In this document: positions 30,560-38,685 of the stretch, piece after piece
Layout of the letters: every line of letters begins with the position of its first letter
How positions within the stretch are numbered: position 1 is the stretch's first letter
Assembly (NCBI GenBank): GCA_050173015.1
Contig: JBFXLE010000004.1
Location: 67,470 to 131,469, forward strand
Reading direction: 5' to 3'
From: Calditrichaceae bacterium
GTDB lineage: Bacteria; Calditrichota; Calditrichia; Calditrichales; JBFXGD01
Length of the DNA stretch: 64,000 nt
Program-made: the position numbers and the translations under genes
The notes under the pieces: model-generated
What the model was told of the DNA's origin: nothing
The model's database searches: none
The model's input: the letters and a program-made list of their open reading frames with translations, nothing else

Positions 30560-30966
30560 TTTTTATCTCCTTTTAAAATCGATTTAGCTATACGAATAAG
30601 CTCGGTAATCCGCCGCCCTTTGTCCTGTTCTACATCGCGTCGGATATGAATCTCGATTCCCGGGATAATGGGATATCTGACCCATATATCCCTGACAGAC
30701 TCCGGTGTGTTTTCCAAATCGGTTTTTGTCAGTTCCTGAATAGCGGCTAATTTGATTCCCTGTTCCTGATTTGCCCGGATTTCTTGTAATTTATGCAGGT
30801 GACTGTCATAATAAAATCCACCGCGCCCTCTTCCGGCCGGCGGCTCAATAAGTCCTTGTTGTATATAGTATCTTATGGTACGTCGTGTGTATCCGGTTAG
30901 CTCAGATAACTGCTCAATGGTATATTTTTTGCTATTCATGGATTCATAATAACAGTAAACTGTCAT
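30556..30966 (-). CDS. MerR-family HTH protein, translationally coupled to the VIT-vWA gene
   Basis: YTIEQLSELTGYTRRTIRYYIQQGLIEPP is a MerR-type HTH. A 4-nt ATGA overlap joins it to the downstream gene. The true start may be the internal ATG at 30939 (MNSKKY...). Confidence 0.8.
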   Translation of the reverse strand: MTVYCYYESMNSKKYTIEQLSELTGYTRRTIRYYIQQGLIEPPAGRGRGGFYYDSHLHKLQEIRANQEQGIKLAAIQELTKTDLENTPESVRDIWVRYPIIPGIEIHIRRDVEQDKGRRITELIRIAKSILKGDKK

Positions 30967-31030
30967 AAAAGCAATAAGAAAATAAAATATTTTAATTCTG
31001 TTGGATCTATGCTTTTTGTTGGAGATTTTT

Positions 31031-31051
31031 GATCATACTTTTGTTATGATC
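31031..31051. promoter_or_regulatory. 7-7-7 palindrome in the MerR/clpS divergent region (candidate operator)
   Basis: GATCATA-CTTTTGT-TATGATC lies about 65-90 nt upstream of the MerR start candidates. Confidence 0.3.
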
Positions 31052-31210
31052 ATTAAATATGATGATGTGTTCTTAAGAAGAATCATGGACCGGGAAGGGA
31101 AGCGGCTGATGGGGTGATTCCCGGTTCCTAAGTTTTCATAGTTGCAAATTCCATGATGCATCATTAATATGGTTGACAGTAGAATGTCATGAAAAGAGAA
31201 ATTTAATCGC

Positions 31211-31555
31211 ATGAAGTCTGATATACCTGATATCAAAGTAAAAAAAGAGAAACGGGATAAAACAGTCCCAAAACTCATTCCGTTGTATCATGTGATTCTG
31301 CTTGATGATAACGATCATAGTTATGATTATGTCATCGAGATGCTGATGCAGATTTTTGGACACAGCCGTGAAAAATCTTTTCAGATGGCCAGGGAGGTTG
31401 ATACAAAAAGTCGCGTGATTGTGGATACTACCCATATGGAAAGGGCGGAGATGAAGCAGGATCAGATCCATGCATACGGAGCCGACTGGAGAATTCCGCA
31501 TTGCAAAGGTTCCATGTCAGCCGTCATTGAACCGGCGGAAAATCAGAACTCATGA
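31211..31555 (+). CDS. clpS: ATP-dependent Clp protease adaptor ClpS
   Basis: LYHVILLDDNDHSYDYVIEMLMQIFGHSREKSFQMAREVDTKSRVIV is the canonical ClpS core. Confidence 0.85.
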   Translation: MKSDIPDIKVKKEKRDKTVPKLIPLYHVILLDDNDHSYDYVIEMLMQIFGHSREKSFQMAREVDTKSRVIVDTTHMERAEMKQDQIHAYGADWRIPHCKGSMSAVIEPAENQNS

Positions 31556-31602
31556 TTCAAAGGCCTGAGAAATCGTGTAATGATGTTCACAGGGAATAGT
31601 CT

Positions 31603-31860
31603 ATGCCGAAAAAACCGGTAATATTTGAAATAATTGATGTTGAGTGCTATCACGGTTATAAATCCAACGAACGGCCCTTGTCTTTCACCTATCGCGAACA
31701 GCGATGGAAGGTGGATGAAATCCTGGATCGTTGGTATGAAAGCGGTGTTGTGGCCGGACATCCGAATCTGGATTATTTTAAGGTGCGGACGGATGAAGGA
31801 GGGGTCTTTCTGCTACGCCATAACATCAGATATAAAACCTGGGCCATTCGTCAAATTTAA
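31603..31860 (+). CDS. Small hypothetical protein (85 aa)
   Basis: Composition looks coding (EILDRWYESGVVAGHPNLDYFKVRTDEGGVFLLRHN). No recognised family. Confidence 0.4.
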   Translation: MPKKPVIFEIIDVECYHGYKSNERPLSFTYREQRWKVDEILDRWYESGVVAGHPNLDYFKVRTDEGGVFLLRHNIRYKTWAIRQI

Positions 31861-31961
31861 ATACGATTCCCACCGCGTAACCAAATAAATTCTAAATTTT
31901 CTATTGAAATTGAATTGTTGGTTTTTTATACTGGTGTACATAAGTACAAGATTAAAATAAA

Positions 31962-32990
31962 TTGATAATGAACAATGCCGATCATTCCCTGCGCCTGATA
32001 TTTTTTGCGGATACGCATCTCGGATTTGACTATCCCATGCGCCCGCGAATTAATATCCGGAGACGCGGGCCCGATTTCTTCAAAAATTTTTATCAGGTCC
32101 TTGATTACGCGCGCGCTCACAAACCTGATCTGGTTATTCATGGTGGTGATATGTTTTTCAGAAGCCGGGTACCAGAGAAGATTGTTGACATGGCGTATCA
32201 GTCTTTGGCCGATTTAGCCGATTTCGGCATCCCCGTATTTATTGTTCCCGGAAATCACGAGCGATCGAGATTACCGGTATCGATATTTTTGTCGCATCCC
32301 GGGATAAAAATATTTTCAGTTCCGAAAACATACACGTTTGAGACCGTTCATGGTAAAGTGTCCATCTCAGGATTTCCGTCTGTTCGCGATAATATCCGTG
32401 ATCACTTCAATACCGTTATCCGTCAAACCGGTTACGCTGAACACGAAAGCAAAATCAGATTGTTATGCATGCATCAGACCGTCGAGGGCGCCGTGGTAGG
32501 ACCAAATTCATACACATTCCGTTCAGGGAAAGATGTAGTAAATATAGATGATATTCCTTCAAACCTTACCGCGGTACTATCCGGTCATATACACCGGAGT
32601 CAAATTTTGCGGACAGCAGATCATATACCTGTGATTTATCCGGGATCAACGGAACGAACCTCGTTTGCCGAACGCTCTGAAACAAAAGGATTCTATGATA
32701 TCAGGATATGCGCCAATGACAGGAATGATCAATTGGTCAAAACGGATTTTGTAAAACTGAATGCCAGACCGATGACGGATATTATGATTAATAATTCCAT
32801 CACCGAAAATGAACTGGAGGGATATCTGGCTGAAAAATTTTCATCACTTCACCCTGAATCAATTGTGAGAATCAGGACATGCAACGCGATAGACCGAAAA
32901 ATTAAATCAAAATTGACATCAGGCTTTTTGAGAAATATCGCTCCGGCCCGCATCAATATTCAGTTTGGTTCTGTCTTTGAACGCTTATAA
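31962..32990 (+). CDS. Calcineurin-like metallophosphoesterase (SbcD/Mre11-like nuclease family)
   Basis: Motifs FFADTHLG, IHGGDMF, VPGNHE and LSGHIHR appear in canonical order. No SbcC partner is adjacent. Confidence 0.7.
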   Translation: MIMNNADHSLRLIFFADTHLGFDYPMRPRINIRRRGPDFFKNFYQVLDYARAHKPDLVIHGGDMFFRSRVPEKIVDMAYQSLADLADFGIPVFIVPGNHERSRLPVSIFLSHPGIKIFSVPKTYTFETVHGKVSISGFPSVRDNIRDHFNTVIRQTGYAEHESKIRLLCMHQTVEGAVVGPNSYTFRSGKDVVNIDDIPSNLTAVLSGHIHRSQILRTADHIPVIYPGSTERTSFAERSETKGFYDIRICANDRNDQLVKTDFVKLNARPMTDIMINNSITENELEGYLAEKFSSLHPESIVRIRTCNAIDRKIKSKLTSGFLRNIAPARINIQFGSVFERL

Positions 32991-33201
32991 AAAAGGAAAG
33001 TCATCTTGATTGGATTTTAGGTGTAATATTGATCCCTTAAATGATCGAAAATTCTTCCAAAATCGACTATTTTATATTAAAACTCGTCCGATTAGTCGAA
33101 TTTGATTAAACTCAGTTCAATAAAAACAATAACTTACGAGTTGGTACGACATTTGAAATAGAATATCTTGAAAACAGTCCAACAACCCAAAGGAGTAGGA
33201 A

Positions 33202-33654
33202 ATGAAATTATTAACGACATTTTTAGTCATCTTTTTTGCAGCCCTTTCATTATACGGTCAGGAAGTGCAGGTAAAGGAGAAAGTTAAGACGGAAGCCAAA
33301 GAAAAAGTACAGATCAAAGAGCAGGCAAAAACCGCCGAAAAAGAGCAAGTCCAGGTTAAGAACGAATTGAAAGAACAAGAACAGACTAAAAGCAAAGAAA
33401 TGATTCAGACCAAAACCAAAAAAGAAGAGCAGGTAAAAGAAAAAGTTCAGGAAAAAGCGGAAGAAAAGGCGCAGATCAAAACAAAAGAGCAAACAAAAGA
33501 ACAAACCGGATTTATTGATGAAGACGGCGACGGCATCAATGATAAGTCAAAAAAGGATGAAGGAAGTCAGTTTAAGGAAACCAACCGAAATCATTCCGGT
33601 GAAGGAACCACAAGCGAAGACGCGGCTAAACAGATTCAAAAAGGAAAGAAATAA
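33202..33654 (+). CDS. Secreted low-complexity Lys/Glu/Gln-rich protein with a DxDxDG motif
   Basis: Signal peptide, then degenerate KEKVQ/KEQ repeats, then FIDEDGDGINDK. The antisense F/L-rich ORF is a mirror artefact. Confidence 0.55.
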   Translation: MKLLTTFLVIFFAALSLYGQEVQVKEKVKTEAKEKVQIKEQAKTAEKEQVQVKNELKEQEQTKSKEMIQTKTKKEEQVKEKVQEKAEEKAQIKTKEQTKEQTGFIDEDGDGINDKSKKDEGSQFKETNRNHSGEGTTSEDAAKQIQKGKK

Positions 33655-33696
33655 TCATCACGGAAGTTCTAAATCAATAAAACTGAATATAATGAA

Positions 33697-33719
33697 GGAG
33701 CAGAGATGCTCCTTTTTTT
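33697..33719 (+). terminator. Rho-independent terminator
   Basis: GGAGCA-GAGA-TGCTCC followed by T7. Confidence 0.6.
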
Positions 33720-33916
33720 GTTTTAAATATCTTTATTGAGTCTTCCTGTTCACGCGCCTCAATGTGAATCCATTCTCAAAACTGCCAAATTTTTTCCCGT
33801 CATTCTCAAATTTAAGAGGAAAATCGGTTCATTTAACATCATACTCCCTGATCGTATCATATTTCACAAGGATATGTCATCTAAAATTGTTTTGGTACGA
33901 TTTTTGTAAATCTATA

Positions 33917-33954
33917 TTGAAAAATGTAGATATTTCTACAATTTAAACTATAGG
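33917..33954 (+). promoter_or_regulatory. Candidate promoter with embedded 6-4-6 palindrome (MerR-style operator)
   Basis: TTGAAA (33917-33922), then TGTAGA-TATT-TCTACA (33925-33940), then TTTAAACTATAGG. The palindrome sits between the putative -35 and -10, as in MerR-regulated promoters. Confidence 0.4.
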
Positions 33955-33956
33955 TT

Positions 33957-34418
33957 GTGAGGATGGAAGAGAAAAAAGGCCAAAAAAATGTACTGTATCC
34001 CATAGGGATGGTCGCCAAAATTTTTGATATTTCTGTGGCGACGCTCCGGCTGTATGAAGCGGAGGGATTAATCATTCCACGCAAAAGTAAGGGAGGACAT
34101 CGTCTGTTTACAGAGGTCGATCTTGACCGTATCCACTGTATCAGGGATATGATTGATGAAAAAGGCCTGAATCTGGCGGGAATCCGCATGATGTTGTCGG
34201 CAATTCCCTGTTGGGAGTTAAAACCATGCTCCCTTGAAGAGCGCCAGAGTTGCGACGCTTATTATGAATCCAATTCTCCCTGCTGGATGGTCGAAAATAA
34301 AGCTGAAATTTGTGCTAATGAGGACTGTAGTCAATGTCCCGTATATACGCAATCAAACAATTGTACCAATATAAAAATGATTTTAAAGAAATATTGGAGG
34401 GCGAAAGGTAATGGCTAA
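33957..34418 (+). CDS. MerR-family regulator with a C-terminal Cys-rich (two 'CW' motifs) domain
   Basis: HTH YPIGMVAKIFDISVATLRLYEAEGLIIPRKSKGGHRLF. C-terminus PCWELKPCSLEERQSCDAYYESNSPCWMVENKAEICANEDCSQCPVY holds 8 Cys. The start may be the ATG at 33963. The 3' end overlaps the psrA-like start by 8 nt. Confidence 0.75.
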   Translation: MRMEEKKGQKNVLYPIGMVAKIFDISVATLRLYEAEGLIIPRKSKGGHRLFTEVDLDRIHCIRDMIDEKGLNLAGIRMMLSAIPCWELKPCSLEERQSCDAYYESNSPCWMVENKAEICANEDCSQCPVYTQSNNCTNIKMILKKYWRAKGNG

Positions 34419-36621
34419 GAAATTCGACAGACGCGAATTTATCAAAATTATGGGTGTCGGTACCGGAGGGGTAATGGTCGGTTCATCCATGTTGCAAGCG
34501 CTGGATTTTGGTTCGCTTAATGCCGTCACGCAAGGGGCAATGGACAGAACCCCCACCTACTGCGAGATATGTTTCTGGAAATGCGCCGGATGGGTTTATA
34601 AAAAAGATGATAAACCATGGAAGATCGAAGGTAATCCGGATGATCCAAACAGCAACGGGCGGTTTTGTCCCCGTGGGACAGGCGGTATTGGCGCGTATAA
34701 CGATCCTGATCGTTTAAAAACACCGCTAATCAGGGTTGAAGAACGTGGAAAACAGGTTTTCCGTGAAGCCTCCTGGGAAGAAGCGTTCGACTATATCGCT
34801 GAAAAAATGATTGATATTAAAGAAAATCATGGTCCGGAATGCGTGGCTTTGTTTACGCATGGTTCCGGCGGTGATTATTTTAAAACACTATTGCGGGGAT
34901 ACGGTTCAAACAACATCGCAGCTCCGTCATACGCTCAGTGCCGCGGGCCGCGTGAAGAAGCTTACATGCTTACTTTTGGCGAGGCGGTCGGTTCTCCGGA
35001 AAGAACCGATATCGCTAACAGTAAATGCATCGTTCTGATCGGATCACATCTTGGTGAAAATATGCATAACGGTCAGGTACAGGAGTTCTCTGAAGCGGTG
35101 GCAAAAGGCGCGTCTGTTATCACGGTTGACCCCAGATTTTCGACGGCCGCCAGCAAATCAAAATATTGGCTTCCGATAAAACCCGGAACGGATATGGCCT
35201 TACTTCTTGCCTGGATACATGTCATTATAAATGAAGAATTGTATGATAAAAAGTATGTGGAAAAATATACCTATGGATTTGAACAATTAAAGGCAGCGGT
35301 TAAGGATAAAACCCCGGAGTGGGCATACACGAAAACAACAATTAAACCGAACGTCATCCGGGAAACGGCCAGGGAAATGGCTAAAAACGCGCCTGCTACA
35401 TTAGTGCATCCGGGACGCCATGTTACATGGTACGGCGATGATACTCAGCGTGTCAGGGCAGGAGCAATCCTCAATGCGCTGCTCGGCTCCTGGGGACGCA
35501 GGGGAGGGTTTTATGTTCCAGCGAAAGCTCATCTCGCCAAAGCCAAATTACCTCCGTTTCCGGCAACCAACAAGAGCTGGAAAGACGCGTTCCCCGGGAA
35601 ATTCCCGCTGGCGAGCCTGGCCCTATCTTCGGGAATCTGTGACGCCACGATCCCTTCTCCCCAGCATGATTGTTCATTCAAGGGGTGGATCGTATACGGA
35701 ACAAATCTGCCGCTGACACTTCCGGAACCGAAAAAAACATTGGAAGCGATTCAAAATCTTGAACTACTTGTGGCGATCGATATCATGCCCGCGGAGATCA
35801 CCGGTTGGGCCGATGTTGTGCTTCCTGAATGCACATATTTGGAACGTTACGATGACATAAGAATATCTCCGGGACGCGTTCCGACCATTGCTTTACGCGC
35901 GCCGGCATTCGAGCCTAAGTATAATACAAAACCGGCATACTGGATGGCCAGGGAACTGTCAAAACGATTGGGTCTTCAGCAATATTTTCCGGCTGAAACG
36001 ATGGAAAAACATATTGATCAGAGACTCAAGACAATCGGCAGCAGTCTGAAAGAAATGAAAAAGATTGGCGTTAAGCGGTTTGAAAACGAATATGACCTCT
36101 ATTTTCTTAATGGAGAAGATTATGAGTTCGGCACGCCAACCGGTAAGATCGAATTATACTCAACCACACTAAGCGACGCGGGATTTGATCCAATTCCACA
36201 ATATACCGCCCATGAGGAACCGCCTGCAAATTATTACCGCCTTCTTTACGGACGGGCACCAATGCATACTTTTGGAAGGACAGCAAATAATCCTAACCTG
36301 AATGATCTGATGGATGAGAATGAAGTCTGGATAAATCCTAAAGTCGCCAAAGAATGGGGAATCAAGAACAGGCAATATATTAAATTAGAGAACCAGGATG
36401 GTGTCATATCTAATAAAATTCGCGTAAAAGTGACTGAACGAATTCGTCATGATTCAGTCTATATGGTTCATGGATTCGGTCACACACAGAAACAAATGAC
36501 CCGTTCTTATCAGAAGGGTGCAAATGACACGGGACTGATTAGCAGGGTTAAAGTTGATCCGATTATGGGAGGCACGGGAATGCGTGTTAATTTTGTCACC
36601 TTTAAGAGGGAGGTAGCGTAA
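34411..36621 (+). CDS. Periplasmic Mo-bisPGD oxidoreductase catalytic subunit, PsrA/PhsA-like (polysulfide/thiosulfate-reductase clade; substrate unproven)
   Basis: Tat signal (DRREFIKIMGVG). N-terminal FS0 motif CEICFWKCAGW...x27...CPRG. Its size (736 aa) and its PsrB/PsrC-like partners fit the clade. Confidence 0.85.
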   Translation: MAKKFDRREFIKIMGVGTGGVMVGSSMLQALDFGSLNAVTQGAMDRTPTYCEICFWKCAGWVYKKDDKPWKIEGNPDDPNSNGRFCPRGTGGIGAYNDPDRLKTPLIRVEERGKQVFREASWEEAFDYIAEKMIDIKENHGPECVALFTHGSGGDYFKTLLRGYGSNNIAAPSYAQCRGPREEAYMLTFGEAVGSPERTDIANSKCIVLIGSHLGENMHNGQVQEFSEAVAKGASVITVDPRFSTAASKSKYWLPIKPGTDMALLLAWIHVIINEELYDKKYVEKYTYGFEQLKAAVKDKTPEWAYTKTTIKPNVIRETAREMAKNAPATLVHPGRHVTWYGDDTQRVRAGAILNALLGSWGRRGGFYVPAKAHLAKAKLPPFPATNKSWKDAFPGKFPLASLALSSGICDATIPSPQHDCSFKGWIVYGTNLPLTLPEPKKTLEAIQNLELLVAIDIMPAEITGWADVVLPECTYLERYDDIRISPGRVPTIALRAPAFEPKYNTKPAYWMARELSKRLGLQQYFPAETMEKHIDQRLKTIGSSLKEMKKIGVKRFENEYDLYFLNGEDYEFGTPTGKIELYSTTLSDAGFDPIPQYTAHEEPPANYYRLLYGRAPMHTFGRTANNPNLNDLMDENEVWINPKVAKEWGIKNRQYIKLENQDGVISNKIRVKVTERIRHDSVYMVHGFGHTQKQMTRSYQKGANDTGLISRVKVDPIMGGTGMRVNFVTFKREVA

Positions 36622-37158
36622 ATGTCTCGATATGCAATGGCTATAGATACAAAACGATGTGTGGGTTGCGCCGATTGCGTTGTTGCCTGCCAGACGGAAA
36701 ATAATGTTCCGATAGGATACTGTAAAGACTGGATTGTTGAGGAAATGACCGGTGTCTATCCGGAATTACAGCTTGAAATCCGCTCAGAACGATGCAATCA
36801 CTGTGAAGACGCGCCCTGTGTGCGTTCCTGCCCGACCAGCGCCAGTCATTATGAAGAAGGTGGCATTGTTCTGGTGACTCATGAGGAATGTATCGGTTGT
36901 AAGGCGTGTATTGCTTCCTGCCCTTACGATGCAAGATTTGTTCATCCTGAAGGCTATGTGGATAAGTGTACATTTTGTATTCACAGAGTTAAAGACGGAA
37001 AAGATCCGGCATGTGTCAGCGTCTGTCCGACACACGCGATGATTTTTGGAGATCTGGATGATCCGAATAGTGAGATCTCAAAAACAATCCGTACGAGAAA
37101 AAATAAGACACTCATCCCGGAAGCAGGTACAAAACCTCATGTTTATTATCTGCTGTAA
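36622..37158 (+). CDS. 4x[4Fe-4S] ferredoxin subunit (PsrB/NrfC-like)
   Basis: Four Cys clusters: CVGCADCVVAC, CNHCEDAPCVRSC, CIGCKACIASC and CTFC...CVSVCP. Confidence 0.9.
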   Translation: MSRYAMAIDTKRCVGCADCVVACQTENNVPIGYCKDWIVEEMTGVYPELQLEIRSERCNHCEDAPCVRSCPTSASHYEEGGIVLVTHEECIGCKACIASCPYDARFVHPEGYVDKCTFCIHRVKDGKDPACVSVCPTHAMIFGDLDDPNSEISKTIRTRKNKTLIPEAGTKPHVYYLL

Positions 37159-37208
37159 AATATGAACCGGTTTTTAGGATTTGTAAATAAAATTTCTGGA
37201 GAATCAAA

Positions 37209-38162
37209 ATGAAAGAAATAACCATCACATCAGGGAGAATGAATCCGGGTATTGATCCGGTGCTTCATGCATGGGGTTGGGAAATCCCTGTTTACCTGTT
37301 TCTTGGAGGGCTTGTTGCCGGTATTCTGTTCTTCTCAACTCTATATTATATCCGCGGCCGACAGAATGACTACCCGACAGCGGTGAAAATCGCGCCGTTA
37401 TTTGTCCCCGTGTTTTTATCAATCGGATTGCTGGCGTTGTTTCTCGATTTGTCGCATAAACTCTATTTTTGGCGACTGTACACGACAGTCCGGTGGGAGT
37501 CACCGATGTCCTGGGGCGCGTGGACGCTTCTTTTAATCTTTCCGCTCTCCATACTCTGGATCGCAACATGGATCGAGGATGTATTTCCTAAATGGAACTG
37601 GAAATATAAAATATTAAAAATCAGCGCGGATTTACTAAAAAATTACCGCAAACTTCTGGCCTGGTCGGTTATGATCCTCGCGCTTATTCTCGGTATGTAC
37701 ACAGGTATTCTGCTTTCCGCCTTTAATGCGCGTCCATTCTGGAACACATCGATACTCGGGCCCTTATTTCTGGTTTCCGGTTTATCCACAGGAACGGCGT
37801 TCATCATTTTGCTGTCAAAATCTCATGAAGAGAAGAAAAGGTTCAGTCAGATTGATTTAACCCTGATTGGTGCGGAGCTGTTCTTAATCGTTCATATGTT
37901 TATGGGATTTCTGGCCAGCACCGAGGTCCATATTCAGGCCGCGGAACTTTTCCTCGGCGGACCGTACACCGCTGTATTCTGGACATTTATCGTCGGATTA
38001 GGGCTGGTGATTCCGCTTATTGTAGAGCTTCTGGAACTTCGCGGCGTGAAGATTCCTTTGCAAATTCCGGCATTGCTTGTGCTTATGGGCGGATTTATTC
38101 TGAGATTCATTGTTGTTGACGCCGGGCAGACTTCGAGATGGCTGTATAAGTTTTTGGAGTAG
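37209..38162 (+). CDS. NrfD/PsrC-family integral-membrane quinol-interacting subunit
   Basis: Eight TM segments with an NrfD-like N-terminus (WGWEIPVYLFLGGLVAG). Confidence 0.85.
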   Translation: MKEITITSGRMNPGIDPVLHAWGWEIPVYLFLGGLVAGILFFSTLYYIRGRQNDYPTAVKIAPLFVPVFLSIGLLALFLDLSHKLYFWRLYTTVRWESPMSWGAWTLLLIFPLSILWIATWIEDVFPKWNWKYKILKISADLLKNYRKLLAWSVMILALILGMYTGILLSAFNARPFWNTSILGPLFLVSGLSTGTAFIILLSKSHEEKKRFSQIDLTLIGAELFLIVHMFMGFLASTEVHIQAAELFLGGPYTAVFWTFIVGLGLVIPLIVELLELRGVKIPLQIPALLVLMGGFILRFIVVDAGQTSRWLYKFLE

Positions 38163-38248
38163 GGAGGAAGAAGAAGTAGGAAGTAAGAAGTAGGAAGTAG
38201 GAAGGTTAAGAAAAAAGAAAAAAGAAAAAAGAAAAAAGATTAAGAACG

Positions 38249-38341
38249 GTCTGAACCTGGATTAAAATGATTAAATGATTTGGATGATTAAGAAATTGGA
38301 AATCAGAGTTGTCATTTAATCAGTCGAATCAGAGTTCAGAC
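38249..38341 (+). other. 93-nt imperfect hairpin module, copy 1
   Basis: GTCTGAAC...GTTCAGAC closing stem; GATT/AATC; inner 10-bp stem GATTAAATGA/TCATTTAATC. Confidence 0.6.
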
Positions 38342-38420
38342 AAAGAAGTAAGAAGTAGGAAGTTGGAAGTGGGAAGTGGGAAGGTTAAGAAAAAAGAAAA
38401 AAGAAAAAAGATTAAGAACG

Positions 38421-38513
38421 GTCTGAACCGGGATTAAAATGATTAAATGATTTGGATGATTAAGAAATTGGAAATCAGAGTTGTCATTTAATCAGTCGAA
38501 TCAGAGTTCAGAC
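38421..38513 (+). other. 93-nt imperfect hairpin module, copy 2
   Basis: Same arms as copy 1, with a single substitution (CCGGG versus CCTGG) in the internal loop. Confidence 0.6.
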
Positions 38514-38592
38514 AAAGAAGTAAGAAGTAGGAAGTAAGAAGTAGGAAGTGGGAAGGTTAAGAAAAAAGAAAAATGAAAAAAGATTAAGAACG

Positions 38593-38685
38593 GTCTGAAC
38601 CGGGATTAAAATGATTAAATGATTTGGATGATTAAGAAATTGGAAATCAGAGTTGTCATTTAATCAGTCGAATCAGAGTTCAGAC
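38593..38685 (+). other. 93-nt imperfect hairpin module, copy 3
   Basis: Identical to copy 2 by eye. Confidence 0.6.

Noticed and set aside
31634-31888. 84-aa ORF overlapping the 31603-31860 ORF in another frame
   Set aside because: Its composition is less protein-like than the overlapping frame. Only one of the two can reasonably be real.
33250-33504. 84-aa Phe/Leu-rich minus-strand ORF
   Set aside because: It is the mirror image of the purine-rich K/E/Q-repeat gene on the + strand. The composition is an artefact of antisense reading.
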